From contig OX597821.1 of assembly GCA_951406725.2 (NCBI GenBank), positions 54,436,001 to 54,500,000 on the forward strand: a stretch of 64,000 nucleotides of DNA, written 5' to 3'. Within the stretch, counting starts at the first letter, position 1. The number at the start of each line of letters is the position of its first letter. Origin of the DNA: Octopus vulgaris. Taxonomy: Eukaryota. The position numbers and the translations under genes were made by a program. The notes beneath the pieces are model-generated. The model had not been told where the DNA came from. It made no database searches and was given only the letters and a program-made list of their open reading frames with translations. Shown one piece after another: positions 1-12,306 of the stretch.

Positions 1-230
1 AAAATAATAATAATCTTTTCTACTCTAGGCAAAAGGCCCGAAATGTTTGGGGAGGGGGCCAGTCAATTAGATCGACTGCAGTACCTAACTGATACCTAAT
101 TTATCAACCCTGAAAGGATGAAAGGCAAAGTTAACCTCGGCGAAATTTAAACTCAGAACATCAAGACAGACGAAATACTGCTAAGCATTTTGCCCAGCAC
201 GCTAACAATCCTGCCAGCACACTGCCTTAC
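1..230 (-). mobile_element. tRNA-derived SINE with Deu/Nin-like central domain (family A)
   Basis: Minus strand has a tRNA-like head (ggcaggattgttagc..., B-box gagtttaaattt) followed by 'ttaactttgcctttcatcctttcagggttgataaattaggtatcag'. Homologous to copies at 4413-4620, 18831-19060 and 43105-43320. Confidence 0.75.
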
Positions 231-2309
231 TAAAATAATAATAATACAACTGAAGTGAAGACCAGATAAGTAGAGCATGTGTTTAATTGGCAAAATATGA
301 AACATCCCCTAGTATAGCAATATCTGTTTCAACACACATCAACCATCTTGCAAAACAAATACATTTTACTATTCTTATATTTTGGAACGGTAATGTTTTT
401 TCTTGCCATATAAACACACACACACACTATATATTCATTTTTTGCTTGTTATTATTGTTCTTATTTTGTGTCCTTTGTCTGGAAATCTTTCATCACACGT
501 CCTGTGACCTCTTCAGCAACTCTTCCAGCCTACATGTCTCCTCCTTTTCTATTTAGTCCATTGTCTTGCTATGATGTTGATACCTTGTCTGTGCATGTGT
601 TTGCATCTGTATCTGTGTGTGTGTGTGTGCGTGCGTGTGTGTATGCATGTTTATGTGTTTTTATGTGTTTTGTGTGTGTATTTATGGGTTTGCTTACTAT
701 ACTGCTTGTAGCTGTACCCTCTATACAGTTTTGTTTTTCCTTCATTTCCTTATTTATCTCTGTATGTATACATATATATATATATAGAAAGAGAGAGAGG
801 GGGAGATAGATAGAGAGAGAGAGAGAGAGTGTGTGTGTATGAGTATGAAAGAGGAAGAAACATGATAGTTTATTGAACAAACATGATTTACATAAACACT
901 TTCCTTCTCAAAAACAAAATATACTCACAAAGAGAAAGAGGAAGTGGGGGAACGGATTACTGGAACATTAAAACCAGAGAAACATAAAAATGTCTCACAT
1001 CAAATAAGTAAACATTGAATCAGCAATATCAAATAGGCAGTACTAAAATAAGCTTTGCTAAAATGTCTTACACCTTCATGTCTCACACCCTCAATGGTTG
1101 CTTTTGGCTTTTGGTCTGTGAAGAAATTTTGGTTTGTTTCTTTTTTTAGTTGACATACATATATAGCTTTTGCAGCATTCACTACTGGGATCTTTTGACA
1201 AATTTTCCTATTGGAACTATTTCAATATGTGAACCTTTGCTAACCTCTTTGTCTCTTTTTTTTGACATCTCTGACATGAGGCTCCCATTCACAGCTCAGA
1301 ACATAAGACTACCTTAGAATGTCTGACACATTACACACATTTCTTTTCTCTATTCAATGACCTAGTGTTTAGGATGTTCGACTCCTGATCGTAAGATCAT
1401 GGGTTCAAGTAGATCTGGCCATGCCCGTTAACAAGGGCAAAACCCAGATTTAAAACACTGGATGATGATGATGATGATGATGATGATTACTCCCAGTATA
1501 CTCAGTTGTAATGAGCAGCCAGCTGATTGCTAGTGTAGCTCTCTTTTCCTCCAGCTGTGACATTCTGGATGTTTCATTTGTTCAAAAGCAGGGGAACCAA
1601 AGGAGTATCTCTGTCTACTTGTACATATTATCAAGCTATGTTCACTCACAAGTTATGGCTGACTGTACTCTATGTACTTCAGTTTCCCATAGATTTACAT
1701 TTGTTGAAATATGAAGTATTAGTCTAATAAACAGTGAATATTTTAATCAAAGCAATATTTTTATAATAAATGTATTTTAAATTTTATTAAAGAATTATAA
1801 AATTAGTTCAGAATTAGTAGATGTTTTCAATTTCAAAAGAATAAATGAACGCACAAAAATTGAATACAAAATATTCTTTAATATTTCTTTGATAACTTAA
1901 ATAATTTCAATAACCTTGAATATGTTATAACATTCCTTCATTGAACAATAAATACATTATTTACAAAATCTCTAACCATTGGATTAGGCAGGTTTTATTA
2001 TTTAGTTATTGATTGCAATGAAGAGTTGTGTACATAGATGATATAGCATACACTGTTTACATAAAAATTGAGAGTTTGTTTGATTTAATTAGTTCTATAG
2101 TTGACTTCAGCTATCGCAGTCATGGTTAGACTGAGGCACTATTATTGAAAGTATATTTTTAATTCATTTTAATTTAAGATTGAGTACTCTCTGCAAACAT
2201 GCATTCAGATTATCAAAATTAATTATACTAGACATTAAGATGCTTACTCTACAACTATGTGGGACTGAGTTCAGTCCCATTCGTTTATGCAAATGCAAGA
2301 ATATGTATT

Positions 2310-2735
2310 CTTTTATTCATCTATTTTTTTACATGTTTCAGTCATTTTGGCTGTAGCCATGTTGGAGCACTGTCTTAAAGGGATTTTAGTCAAAGAAATT
2401 AACCCCAGGACTTATTCTTTGCTAGAGCCTAGTACTTATTCTCTTGGTCTCTTTTGTCAAACCTTTAAGTTACAGGATGTAAACGCATCAACATGGTTTG
2501 TCAAGCAATGGTGGGGGGACAAATGCAGACACAAGGACAGACACACAAAAATAAATACATAGATATATATACATATATATACAACAGTCTTGACAGTTTC
2601 CATCAACCAAATCTACACACAAGGTTTTTGTTAGCTTCAGGCTACAGTAGAAGACACTTGTTCAAGGCGCTATGCAGTGAGACTGAACCCAGAACCATGT
2701 GGCTAGGAAGCAAGCTTCTTGCCACACATCCATGC
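2310..2735 (-). mobile_element. tRNA-derived SINE family B (CORE/V-like 'ccttgggcaagtgtcttctactatagc' domain, internal microsatellite, 'ccagcatggctgcagtcaaatgactgaaac' tail)
   Basis: Reverse complement matches the copies at 17890-18342, 24170-24310 and 55965-56110. Confidence 0.7.
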
Positions 2736-4412
2736 CTGTATGTGTGTATATTTTTGTATAAATATGTATGTGTGTATTTGTGTGGAAGCCCACACAGGTA
2801 TGGCTGTCTCTTTATGCTAATGCACACCAGTGAGGAATATACATATCAATAGGAAAACTGAAAAACTGGTGTTCTTTCATGTAAAGTCTTTTGTGATCTT
2901 TGTTCTACACTGAGTTATAGACACTCCTTAGTCTGTCAGAAATCAGAAATATAATGAACCTGTGATTAGTCCATTGAATACTACTAACCAATAATGATAT
3001 TGTTCCTCATTTGTGAAATAACATCCATAGATAACTTAAACTGTCAATAGCATAACCTAACCCACACACAAAAACATAATGCGTACTCACACAATCAGAT
3101 ATACAAACACATAAATACACATACCCCTGCTTGGCTGAAAGGTAACGTTGACCTCACCAGGATATGAATTCAGAACGTAAAGAACTAAAAGAAATACTGC
3201 TAAGCATTTTGTCTGCTGCTCTAAACAATTCTGCTGATTGACAACAACAACAACAACAACATAAACAGCTTTACTACAACTACTACTACTACTACTACTG
3301 TTACTAACGATAATTCAGTAAGCTTTATCTTATTTTAAACTCAACTTTCACTTTCAATAAACAAATAGTAACGACTGAAATAGAAGATAAATAACTTAGA
3401 AATATAATCTTAATCTTTAAGCTGGTTATTTTCAAATATCAGATTATATTTTTGCGAAATATAGTTTTAAGATGATAAAAATTAACCTGTTCAGAAAAAA
3501 AGTTCTAAAATTAAAATGTTATAAACTTATATGATTCAAAAACTTAGATTTTGCAACAAATATGTATTTGTTCATTATTAGAAAGGTTGTGATTTGGGGT
3601 TTTAAAAAATTTTATATTCCACTCAGTCTGTTATTTAAATTGTATATATAATAACACAGCCAATGTGTGAATTTCTATGTGGTCACTTAATCCACTAAAA
3701 ATAACAAGTAAATCTTCCTCAAATTACACTCATTTGTCTTAAACCTTTAACCATGAAATTAAATTTCATGGTTATCCCAGTGAGATGTGAAATATCTACC
3801 AAAAAATAAAAATGGTATTTTCTGCAAGTCACATTGCCTCAATAAACCTGACATATCTCAAAAACAAAAAACAAAAAAAGAAATTGTTCCAGACATGACA
3901 TTCCTCAACAAAAGGTGGATTAATATACAAAACTGCTTTCCACAGTTAAATGTAATCTAAATTTGTGTGGATAAGTCTGATTTCTACAGTAAAAAAGTTA
4001 AATATGGAAAGGCACATTAAACAATATAGTCTTAAAGATCCTTAAAGAAGGGAATGGTCATGGCTGGAATATTTTTGATCATAGATCTCTTGATTAAAGT
4101 TTGATCGGGGTTAAACACAGCAATTACTGTAACAAATCTGTTTCAGTATTTAATGCAATAAAGTTAGAGAAAGATAATTAATAGACAAACAAAGAATTTT
4201 GTCCTGGGATTGATTTCTTTGACTAAAAACCCTTTAAGGCAGTGCTCCAGCATGGCTGCAGCCAAAATGACTGAAACATGTAAAAGAATAAACGAATAAA
4301 AAAAGAATACATATTCTTGCATTAACATAAATGAGTGGGACTGAACTCAGGCCCACATGGTGGTAGAGTAAGCATCTTAACGTCTAGTATAATTAATTTT
4401 AATAATATTAAT

Positions 4413-4620
4413 GCCGCAAGCTAGCAGAATCATTAGCACACCGGCCAAAATGCTTAGTGGCATTTCGTCCATCCTTATATTCTGAGTTCAAATTCTGCCA
4501 AGGTTGATTTTGCTTTTCTTCCTTTCAGGGTCAATAAATTAAGCACCAGTTGAGCATTGGGGTCAATGTAATTGACTTACCCCTCCCCGAAAATGCTGGC
4601 CTTGTACCAAAATTTGAAAC
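4413..4620 (+). mobile_element. SINE family A
   Basis: A-box-like 'tagcagaatcattagc', B-box 'gagttcaaattc', then 'gattttgcttttcttcctttcagggtcaataaattaagcacc'. Confidence 0.75.
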
Positions 4621-6034
4621 CTTTATATTTTGGCATCTCCCTTTATGTTCTTGTTCCAATGTAAAAGTTCATTACTCAGTGAGAGGCCACAGGGGCAATG
4701 TCCATAAACTTTACCAGTCTTAATCATGTGAGGTTGACTGATGTTCAGTTTAAACATATTTTTGCTTGATGCCGGTAAAGAATATATGGATCTGTAGGGA
4801 GGAGTCTAAAAGTTGAAATTGTGAGGAGAAAGGATTGGAGAAAGAAGCTGTTTAGTACTGTGTGTATGAATGTGAAACAGTAAGGACCTTAAGAGCTGAA
4901 TGTAGATGTGTCTATAGATTACAATGTTCTTTTACACAGCTTCTGTCTACTAAATTCTATTCACAAGGCATTGGTCAACATGAAACTATAGAAGAAGATA
5001 CTTATCAAAAATGCAATACAATGGTATTGAACTGAGAACCATATAACTGCAAAGCAAACCTCATAACCACATTGCCATGCCTTTACCAGTGAGTTACTTG
5101 CAAACTGCTCTACTACTGGTTTTGTATTTCACGACCCTTTAAAATGGATTAACTGCAATCATTTGATCCAACAAACATTATTTATCAACTCAACACATTT
5201 TCAACTTCATAATTGACTAAACAAATGTTTTTATAAGTGGGTTGCAATTCTCAATAGATTCTTGCCAGAAATGACAAGTTCATTCTTGGTTTTCTCTTAA
5301 GAATTCCACTTCTTGTTAAAGTTGACACTTAAATACTTTTCAGATTGTTGATAATTCAATAATGTGAATGTTTAGAATGTACTGCGATAATAAATTATTG
5401 TAATAAAGATTAATGGCAGAATATTAATAAAAGTAAGACAATTGCTAATTGTGTGTTCAGATTATTTAATATTGAAAAGAAAATGTGATAAACACTAGAG
5501 TAGTGAGACAACAGACATTATGGTGTCTGCTATTTTCACAATCTATGTATTCTAATTAGGTGAAAATAGATAATGTGATACTTGTGACTTTATGATATAT
5601 GTGTACTAACATGGAGGACTAATTATGAAGTTTTAGAAAAGTGTATTTAATGTTTGACTGGTGATGGTGTCGGTATACCTCATTTACTGATGCTATTGTG
5701 AATAATCTCTTTGTTTCACTAGATGCAAGATATATCACAAGTGATTAGATTGTCACAAGAAAGAATCACAAGATAGATTCTTCAAGCTGGGCCTGTGGGT
5801 TTGGGAACTGAGGGGTAGACCAAGAATGAGATGGTTGCCTAATAGCCATAGCCTCAGTTGGCCATGCTTGAGAATCCAGCTGGAAAATCTAATGGTAGTT
5901 ACTTCGGATATGACCCAATGGAGGAAGTGCCTCTAGACTTTGCACCCACAATCCTCCTAGGAATATTGGGTGGAGAAAATGGATAGATATATAAATACAC
6001 ATATATGTGTATACATATATATATGAATAGACAT

Positions 6035-6395
6035 ACAAGGTGCAGTGAATAAACTGTCGTCTAAATTACGCAAGAATGAAATTAACACTCACATCTCATT
6101 TTAACAGATATATTTACCAAAATTACAGAAAAATATCTCGAAATATTAAAGTAAATTTATTCATTAAAATTGCCACAGCCTCCAGACAACTTTGGAATCT
6201 CCTGCAACTCTTCTAGACAGTTGCCTTGTTTAAGCTGGTGAACGCTGCCATAATCCTTGCCTTCAGTTCATCTTTGGTGTTACAAGGAGTTTTGCTGGTC
6301 TCTTGCTCAACTGTGCCCCATACATAATAATTAAGGGGTTTGGAGTCTAGGAAGTTAAGGTGTAAGGGGTGATGTGCTTACAGAAATTGTCTACA
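6035..6395 (-). mobile_element. Tc1/mariner-superfamily transposon 3' relic (DD37D/maT-like)
   Basis: Minus strand reads ...PNFLDS/NPLNYYVWGTVEQETSKTPCNTKDELKARIMAAF.SLNK..V.KSCRRF..CLEAV, a decayed SPDLNPLDY transposase C-terminus. The terminus 'ta-caaggtgcagtgaataaa' is at about 6035. Confidence 0.7.
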
Positions 6396-6412
6396 GTGTG
6401 TGTGTGTGTGTA

Positions 6413-6528
6413 TCACTATGTAATGGCTACAGAATATAGTTTAGTATTGGGACATATAAGCCCTTGACAGAAAAAGCAAGGTTTATAAGCCCCAATATTA
6501 GACTGTTTCTTTAGTCATTACACAGTGA
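6413..6528. repeat. Imperfect fold-back inverted repeat (MITE-like), arms of about 53 bp
   Basis: tcactatgtaatggcta...tattgggacatataagcccttg pairs with caaggtttataagccccaatat...tagtcattacacagtga. Confidence 0.65.
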
Positions 6529-6679
6529 TTGCTTATAAGCTTTAAGCTTATAAAATATTATTATTATTGCTTCCCCAAAAGAAACCATCACATATATATA
6601 CATATATATATATATATATAAATATGTATGTGTGTATGTATGTAGCCTGGATCTTATCTTCTCTATTCCTTAACTCTTG

Positions 6680-6714
<35 letters not shown>

Positions 6715-6715
<1 letters not shown>

Positions 6716-7036
6716 CTGGCACTCTGTTGCTTATGACGACGAGTGTTCCAGTTGATCTGATCAATGGAACTACCTGATTGTGAAATTAATGTGCAGGTGG
6801 CTGAGTACTCTACAGACACACATATCCTTAATGTAGTTCTGAGGGATATTCAGTATGACACAGAATGTGATAATGCTGGTCCTTTGAAATACAGGTACTA
6901 CTCAACTTTTGGCAGCTGAGTGAACTGGAGTTACATGAAATTAAGTGTCTTGTTCAAGGACATAATGTGCCACCAGGAATTGAACTCCCAACCTTATGAT
7001 CATGAGTAGAATACCCTAACCACTAAGATGCCTTCA
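6715..7036 (-). mobile_element. tRNA-derived SINE family C
   Basis: Minus strand has 'cttagtggttagggtattc...gagttcaattcctgg...ccttgaacaagacactt...ctccagttcactcagctg'. The same head occurs at 45945-46075 and 46290-46430. Confidence 0.65.
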
Positions 7037-7110
7037 CACACACATATATATATATGTGTGTGTGTTTGTGTGTATCTATATATCCATATGAGTATGATTG
7101 TATGTGTATG

Positions 7111-7145
<35 letters not shown>

Positions 7146-7185
7146 ATCTATATATCTATATGAGTATGATTGTATGAGTATGATT

Positions 7186-7340
7186 GAAATTTATAGAAAA
7201 ACAAAAGATGAAGACAAGTGTATGAACAAGAACCATGTGTATTAGTTTGACGCTTGGGAAAATGAAAAAGCCATTTACGTTTCAAGCCTACACTCTTCAA
7301 CAGAGAGGAATAAGAGAAAATAAAAAAAGAGGGAGTCTAT
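7186..7340 (-). mobile_element. Short PLE-end-like repeat with CUGUNGA hammerhead-like motif, copy 1
   Basis: Homologous to 9260-9446 and 17651-17820 ('aaaacaaaagacgaagacaggtg...acgtttcgagcctacgctcttcnacagaaagg'). Confidence 0.6.
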
Positions 7341-7455
7341 ACATATATATATATATACACACACATATATATATATACATATAAACTTATATATAAGCAA
7401 TAAAAAGTCAGGAGGTATGAGTGAGGAAAATACTTATTCGACCTCTTGACATCTT

Positions 7456-7616
7456 TAGGATTATAGCTGTTTCATAGCATTCTTCATGTAGTAATAATTT
7501 CAGTGTAGAATAGAATTATGTTTACATGGTTGCATTAATATGCATACTATGCATTATGCAAAGAACTGCATATTAACAAATCAATGCAGATAAACAAAGC
7601 TAGGTCATCAGATCAC
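7456..7616 (-). ncRNA. Hammerhead ribozyme-like motif with about 130-nt stem II insert (slightly decayed)
   Basis: Minus strand: gat-CTGATGA-cc-tagc...gcta-t-GAAA-cagcta-TA-atc. Stem I is gat/atc. Stem III is a one-mismatch version of the cagctg palindrome seen at 30120 and 33348. Confidence 0.5.
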
Positions 7617-7782
7617 CAAAACATCATGGTTACACCAATAATTCAACTCTAAAATAGATACAGTATCTGCTGAATCCATATCATAAACCATGCATGTATG
7701 CACACATACACACATACATATATACATGTATGCATGCATACATACATGAATACATACATACATACATACATACATACATACA

Positions 7783-7814
<32 letters not shown>

Positions 7815-7877
7815 ATCATCAGCAAATCATAAATCCAAGTCAAAAACACACTCTAAGTTATAGAGCAGAAGAGTTTT

Positions 7878-8172
7878 TAGATAAAGATAGTTATGGCCAG
7901 TTTACAGGATTACTCAGGGTTCTGTGTATATAAAGTGCTTGTCATTACATATGTCTCATCAGACCTTAATGACCAGTAGCCTATAACCTCTCTTCAAAGT
8001 GGAGGAAGAAAAGACCTTCAAAAGTTGGCCACAGAGCCTTTTTTCCTTCCCCTTCAAAGAGAGGTTATAGGCCACTAGCCATTAATATTTGATGGCATGT
8101 ATGTAAAGCCAAGCACTTTATGGACGTGAAAACCTTGTTAATCCTATGAACCATCCATAACTATCTTTAACT
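7878..8172. repeat. About 295-bp fold-back element adjoining (TA)n
   Basis: Outer arms taaagatagttatgg/ccataactatcttta; middle arms taaagtgcttg/caagcacttta; inner arms cctataacctctctt/aagagaggttatagg. Confidence 0.75.
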
Positions 8173-8261
8173 AAATAAATAAATATATATAAATACATAT
8201 ATATGTGTTTATATATATATATATATATATATTTATATGCATATACTATATACATATATAT

Positions 8262-8306
<45 letters not shown>

Positions 8307-8379
8307 CATATACTATATACATATATATATACTATACATACATACATACAAATATATATATATATACATACATATATAT

Positions 8380-8915
8380 GAACGGCTGACTATGCTGCCC
8401 AGGTAGACAAACTTGTCTACCACATTCACAATTGTTCTTTCAACCAGGATAGCTGGTTTCATATATGGATTAACTGGTGCAGACTGGAACATTACAACAG
8501 TCTTGTCCAGGCTAATGGTGAGCCCAAATGCCTTGCAAGAAACAGAAATACGATTCGTAAGTATTTTCATGTCATCCACTGTATGAATGACTAAATCACA
8601 GTCATCTGCATAAAGGAGGACACGAATAAGAGACTGGAAAACTTTTGAATTGGCAGCAAAACAATGCAGATTAAAGAGGCCGCCAGGAAATCGATATCTG
8701 ATATATATTCCCAGAGATCTAACCTTAGCAAAAGCATGAGTAAAAGCAGCAGCAAAATACAAAGAAAAGAGAGCTGGGGAAAAGATGTCACCCTGCTTGA
8801 CACCATTCTCTACATTGACCAACATTGACCCAAGCCTCCATCCCATCATAAAAGGATTTAATTATAGATACAAAGTGATCTGGACATCCAAGTTTGCCAA
8901 ATATTTTCCATAGAA
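8380..8915 (-). mobile_element. RTE-clade (BovB-like) LINE reverse transcriptase fragment, pseudogenic
   Basis: ORF 8313-8849: [48 protein letters not shown]. Upstream: LWKIFGKLGCPDHFVSIIKSFYDGM. Confidence 0.9.
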
Positions 8916-8917
8916 AG

Positions 8918-9252
8918 GCCCTAAGACCTGTGATATGCAGGAGACTAACTGAAAGAACAATGCCTGTCATCGCCACAGATAGAGGATGCAGGTGAAGGAG
9001 GGGGTCAACACTTTTGAGACTGCACGTATTCAGCATGAAGAACTTAAGTGTACTGCTTGAAAGTGCACTTCTGGAGTAGTGAATGAGGAAAGCTTGGTCT
9101 GCAATGTTTGCAGTTGTGTATGCTTGTCAAGAGCATGGCTCATTAACCACCAACGGAGGTGCAAATGCAAAATATAAGTTAGTCATAGAGTGCACAATAT
9201 TCCTGAAGATCAGCAATGGTCTTCCTCAGTCATGAGTGGATGTCCATCATGT
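8918..9252 (+). mobile_element. RTE LINE 3' end (ORF C-terminus with zinc finger, and 3' UTR)
   Basis: Plus strand reads (with stops) KTCDMQETN*KNNACHRHR*RMQVKEGVNTFETARIQH...LVCNVCSCVCLSRAWLINHQRRC, then a tail ending at (TA)n. Confidence 0.7.
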
Positions 9253-9259
9253 ATATATA

Positions 9260-9446
9260 TAGGGAGAATTCACGGAAAAAAACAAAAGACGAAGACAGGT
9301 GGTATAGAAAATAAACGCTCAGAATTGAAAAAGTCTTTAATGTTTTGAGCCTACGCTCTTCCACAGAAAGGAACACAAAGAAACAAGGAGGGAAAAAAAA
9401 GGAGAGAGAAAAATTGTGTATAGTGGCTACCGATCTATCATGGCGT
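9260..9446 (-). mobile_element. Short PLE-end-like repeat with CUGUNGA hammerhead-like motif, copy 2
   Basis: Homologous to 7186-7340 and 17651-17820; flanked by (TA)n on both sides. Confidence 0.6.
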
Positions 9447-9451
9447 ATATA

Positions 9452-9497
<46 letters not shown>

Positions 9498-9501
9498 TAT
9501 A

Positions 9502-10758
9502 TTGATAAAACGGTAAGAGACGTTTCCTTAGATCTTAATAAGAATATTTATAAGCCTTATAGGAAGCCCAATGATAGACTAAGTTATATTAATGTAGGTT
9601 CATGCCATCCCTCGATAGTATTCAAAAATTTAGTTAAAAATATTAGTAAGAGGATTTCTAGCCTCTCCTCTGATGAGGACATCTTCAATAGCGTTGCCCC
9701 AGTTTATAATAAGGCTTTAAAAGATAGTGGTTTTAGCGAAAAAATAAAATATACACCTATCACTAGCCCAACAGTAAGGAAAAGGAATAATAGAAATAGG
9801 AAGGTCATCTGGTTTACACCCCCTTACTCACCCGAGGTGGTCTTCAATATAGGTAAATATTTCCTAGCACTGATAGATAGACATTTTCCAGTTAACCATA
9901 CTTATAGGAAACTCTTCAATAGACACATTTAAAAATTAGTTTTAGTTCAACTACCAATTTGAAAAACATAATCAAACATAACATACAAAAAACACAACAA
10001 GAAAACAGCTGTTCATGCAGGAATAAAGAATTGTGCCCGCTAAATGGAGCTTGCATGTCCAAGACCATCATATATGAAGCTACCGTAAACTCTATAACCA
10101 CTAAAGACACTGTTTCGACGAAGAAATACGTGGGCCTTACAAAGAGTAATTTCAAGGCCAGGTTCAATAACCACACTTTGAGCTTTAGGCACTGGAACAA
10201 AAGAAAAGCGACACAATTATCTAATCATATTTGGTCTTTAAGAGATAAAGGTGTTGATTATAACATACAATGGAAGATTTTGGCCAGATGTAAGCCCTAT
10301 ACCAATGGCAGCGGAAGGTGCAGTCTATGCGACATGGAGAGATGGCTTATCTGGAAAAGCAGCTTAGACCCTACTACATGTCTAAATACAAGGACAGAGC
10401 TTTTCGGATCATGCCCACATGTGACTAAATTTCTGTTACGTTTTTGGTCCCCTAAAGAAAACAGATAGAACATGCTTTCTATGTTATGTCCCAAGAAGAA
10501 TTTATATATTTTTATATATTTTTATATATTTTTTATGTATTTTTATATAATTTTTATGACGAAAAATGCGAGTGATGTATAAGTACGCAGGCAAGCAGAG
10601 TTATAACACAGTAATTTCCCTTTATTTAACGGTATTTTTTCATAGCGTTTTCAAATAGCCAGATAACCGAAGAGATGGTGTTGTGGATTTCCACTTCTGC
10701 ATCTGAAAGTCAGTTTTATCTTGACTACCGAGTAATGTAACATATTATTGTATAGATA
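9502..10758 (+). mobile_element. 5'-truncated Penelope-like retroelement (Naiad-like), copy 1: RT C-terminus, Cys linker, GIY-YIG endonuclease, 3' UTR with hammerhead
   Basis: DVSLDLNKNIYKPYRKPND, VIWFTPPYS, CSCRNKELCPLNGAC, IIYEA...YVGLT...FKARFNNH, RCSLCDME, LNTRTE, CPH. A 1-bp frameshift lies near 9928 relative to copy 2. (TA)n on both flanks. Near-identical to 22954-24085. Confidence 0.92.
10661..10721 (+). ncRNA. Variant hammerhead ribozyme in PLE 3' UTR (stem III damaged)
   Basis: agataa-CCGAAGA-gatg...catc-t-GAAA-gtcag-TT-ttatct. Confidence 0.5.
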
Positions 10759-10829
10759 TATATATATAAAGAGTTTTCTCAATGTGGACCCAACATGAAC
10801 CCAAAAAAGGGACAAGCTATTCTCTTTGA

Positions 10830-11050
10830 CAGCAGTTTAATATACTATGCAATTAAGTCTATGCGGAGAGGAAAAGACCCTGATTTGCCAAGAATCACCT
10901 TGGAGATGCTTAAAGTGTCAGCGGTTTAGATTATGGCCAATTCACCAGCATAGTCAATCATGACATACTATTGTAATTAGAATAAGTCATACTGGATAAT
11001 GTTCTACTAGATTATGCATGAAAAAAGTTGAGAAGATCATGTTTCAAACA
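10830..11050 (+). mobile_element. Decayed RTE LINE fragment
   Basis: AIKSMRRGKDPDLPRITLEMLKVS resembles the pre-RT 'AIKxMKxGKAPGxxGIxAEMLK' motif. Confidence 0.5.
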
Positions 11051-11125
11051 CCTTTAACCATAGACCAGCTCAGCTCACTGAGCACAGAAATGAGACTAAA
11101 CAAAAACAATAACAATTACGACTAA

Positions 11126-11340
11126 GAGTGGGTGCTGAAAAGTTCCTGGCTTTGGGTAAAAGAAAATACAGGAGGATCAGTGAATTATGATTTTATTAAA
11201 CACATTCTCATCTCAGATCCTCACACATATTGAAGCAGTCCCTCAGTTTTTCCAAGCCTTGTAACAGAACTCAGAAGTTTGGGCTTCTAACCAGACTTTT
11301 CGTGATACTCTTAAAGCTGGGAACTTTTCAGAACACCCTC
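11126..11340. mobile_element. Mariner-type MITE
   Basis: Imperfect TIRs gagtgggtgctgaaaagttcctggcttt / aaagctgggaacttttcagaacaccctc. Confidence 0.7.
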
Positions 11341-12009
11341 AATTTACTAGTGGAAACAAGCTTCAGAGAAATCACTTATGTAATAGACAAATGGAATTAT
11401 TTAGCAATTCTTGTTATTTTTAGATCGAAATTAAGAAAATAACATCGTTTTCTCCGCTCAAAAACTAGGCATTGTAGAAGTGGAACAGGAAAAAGAATAT
11501 CAACTGCAAAATACAACCAATAGCAAAAACAATCATTGAGATTTAAACGAACACAGATAATTGTAAAGAGAAATACAATTACCATGACAGCTACGAAAAC
11601 TTTATCCACTTAAAAATTCTAAGCTAATATATTTAAATGAAGGATGTACTGAACTTCTCAGCAAATATTTCCAGGTCTGCTGTCTACTGTAGATCCTTAG
11701 AAATTTCGATTCCAGTACCAAATCTAATTGAATTTTTTCTACTTCATTTTCCCCACTTTACATTCTATGCCTATACAAATGTTGCTTTCCATATCATTCA
11801 ATACTCAATAAAAGCTCAATCGTTCTAATTGAATACACAAATATATATCTTTTATTCACTACCAAACCAACATAAAAGGATACTTAGGAGTTGGCAACTC
11901 TTTACTCTCACCTACCTCTTCCTCTTAATCTCTTTTTATATATCTGTGTGATGTATAATATGTGCATAGATACATAGACACATTATGCATATAAATATAT
12001 TAACTATAC

Positions 12010-12090
12010 ATATGTGTTTGTGTGTGTGTATACGTACACACACACACATATATATACATATATATACATACATACATACATATATATACA

Positions 12091-12124
<34 letters not shown>

Positions 12125-12219
12125 CATACATATATATATATACATACATACATATATACATACATATATACATACATACATATACATACATACATATATA
12201 TACATATATACACACACAC

Positions 12220-12298
<79 letters not shown>

Positions 12299-12306
12299 TA
12301 TATATA
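12010..12306. repeat. Compound (CA)/(TACA)/(TA)n microsatellite
   Basis: Directly visible. Confidence 0.95.

Noticed and set aside
1362-1410. tRNA-like sequence
   Set aside because: Decayed SINE head without a full cloverleaf, as with the other A/B-box hits in the window.
11397-11609. Hydrophobic 70-aa ORF
   Set aside because: GTG start, composition explained by T-richness, no recognisable family.
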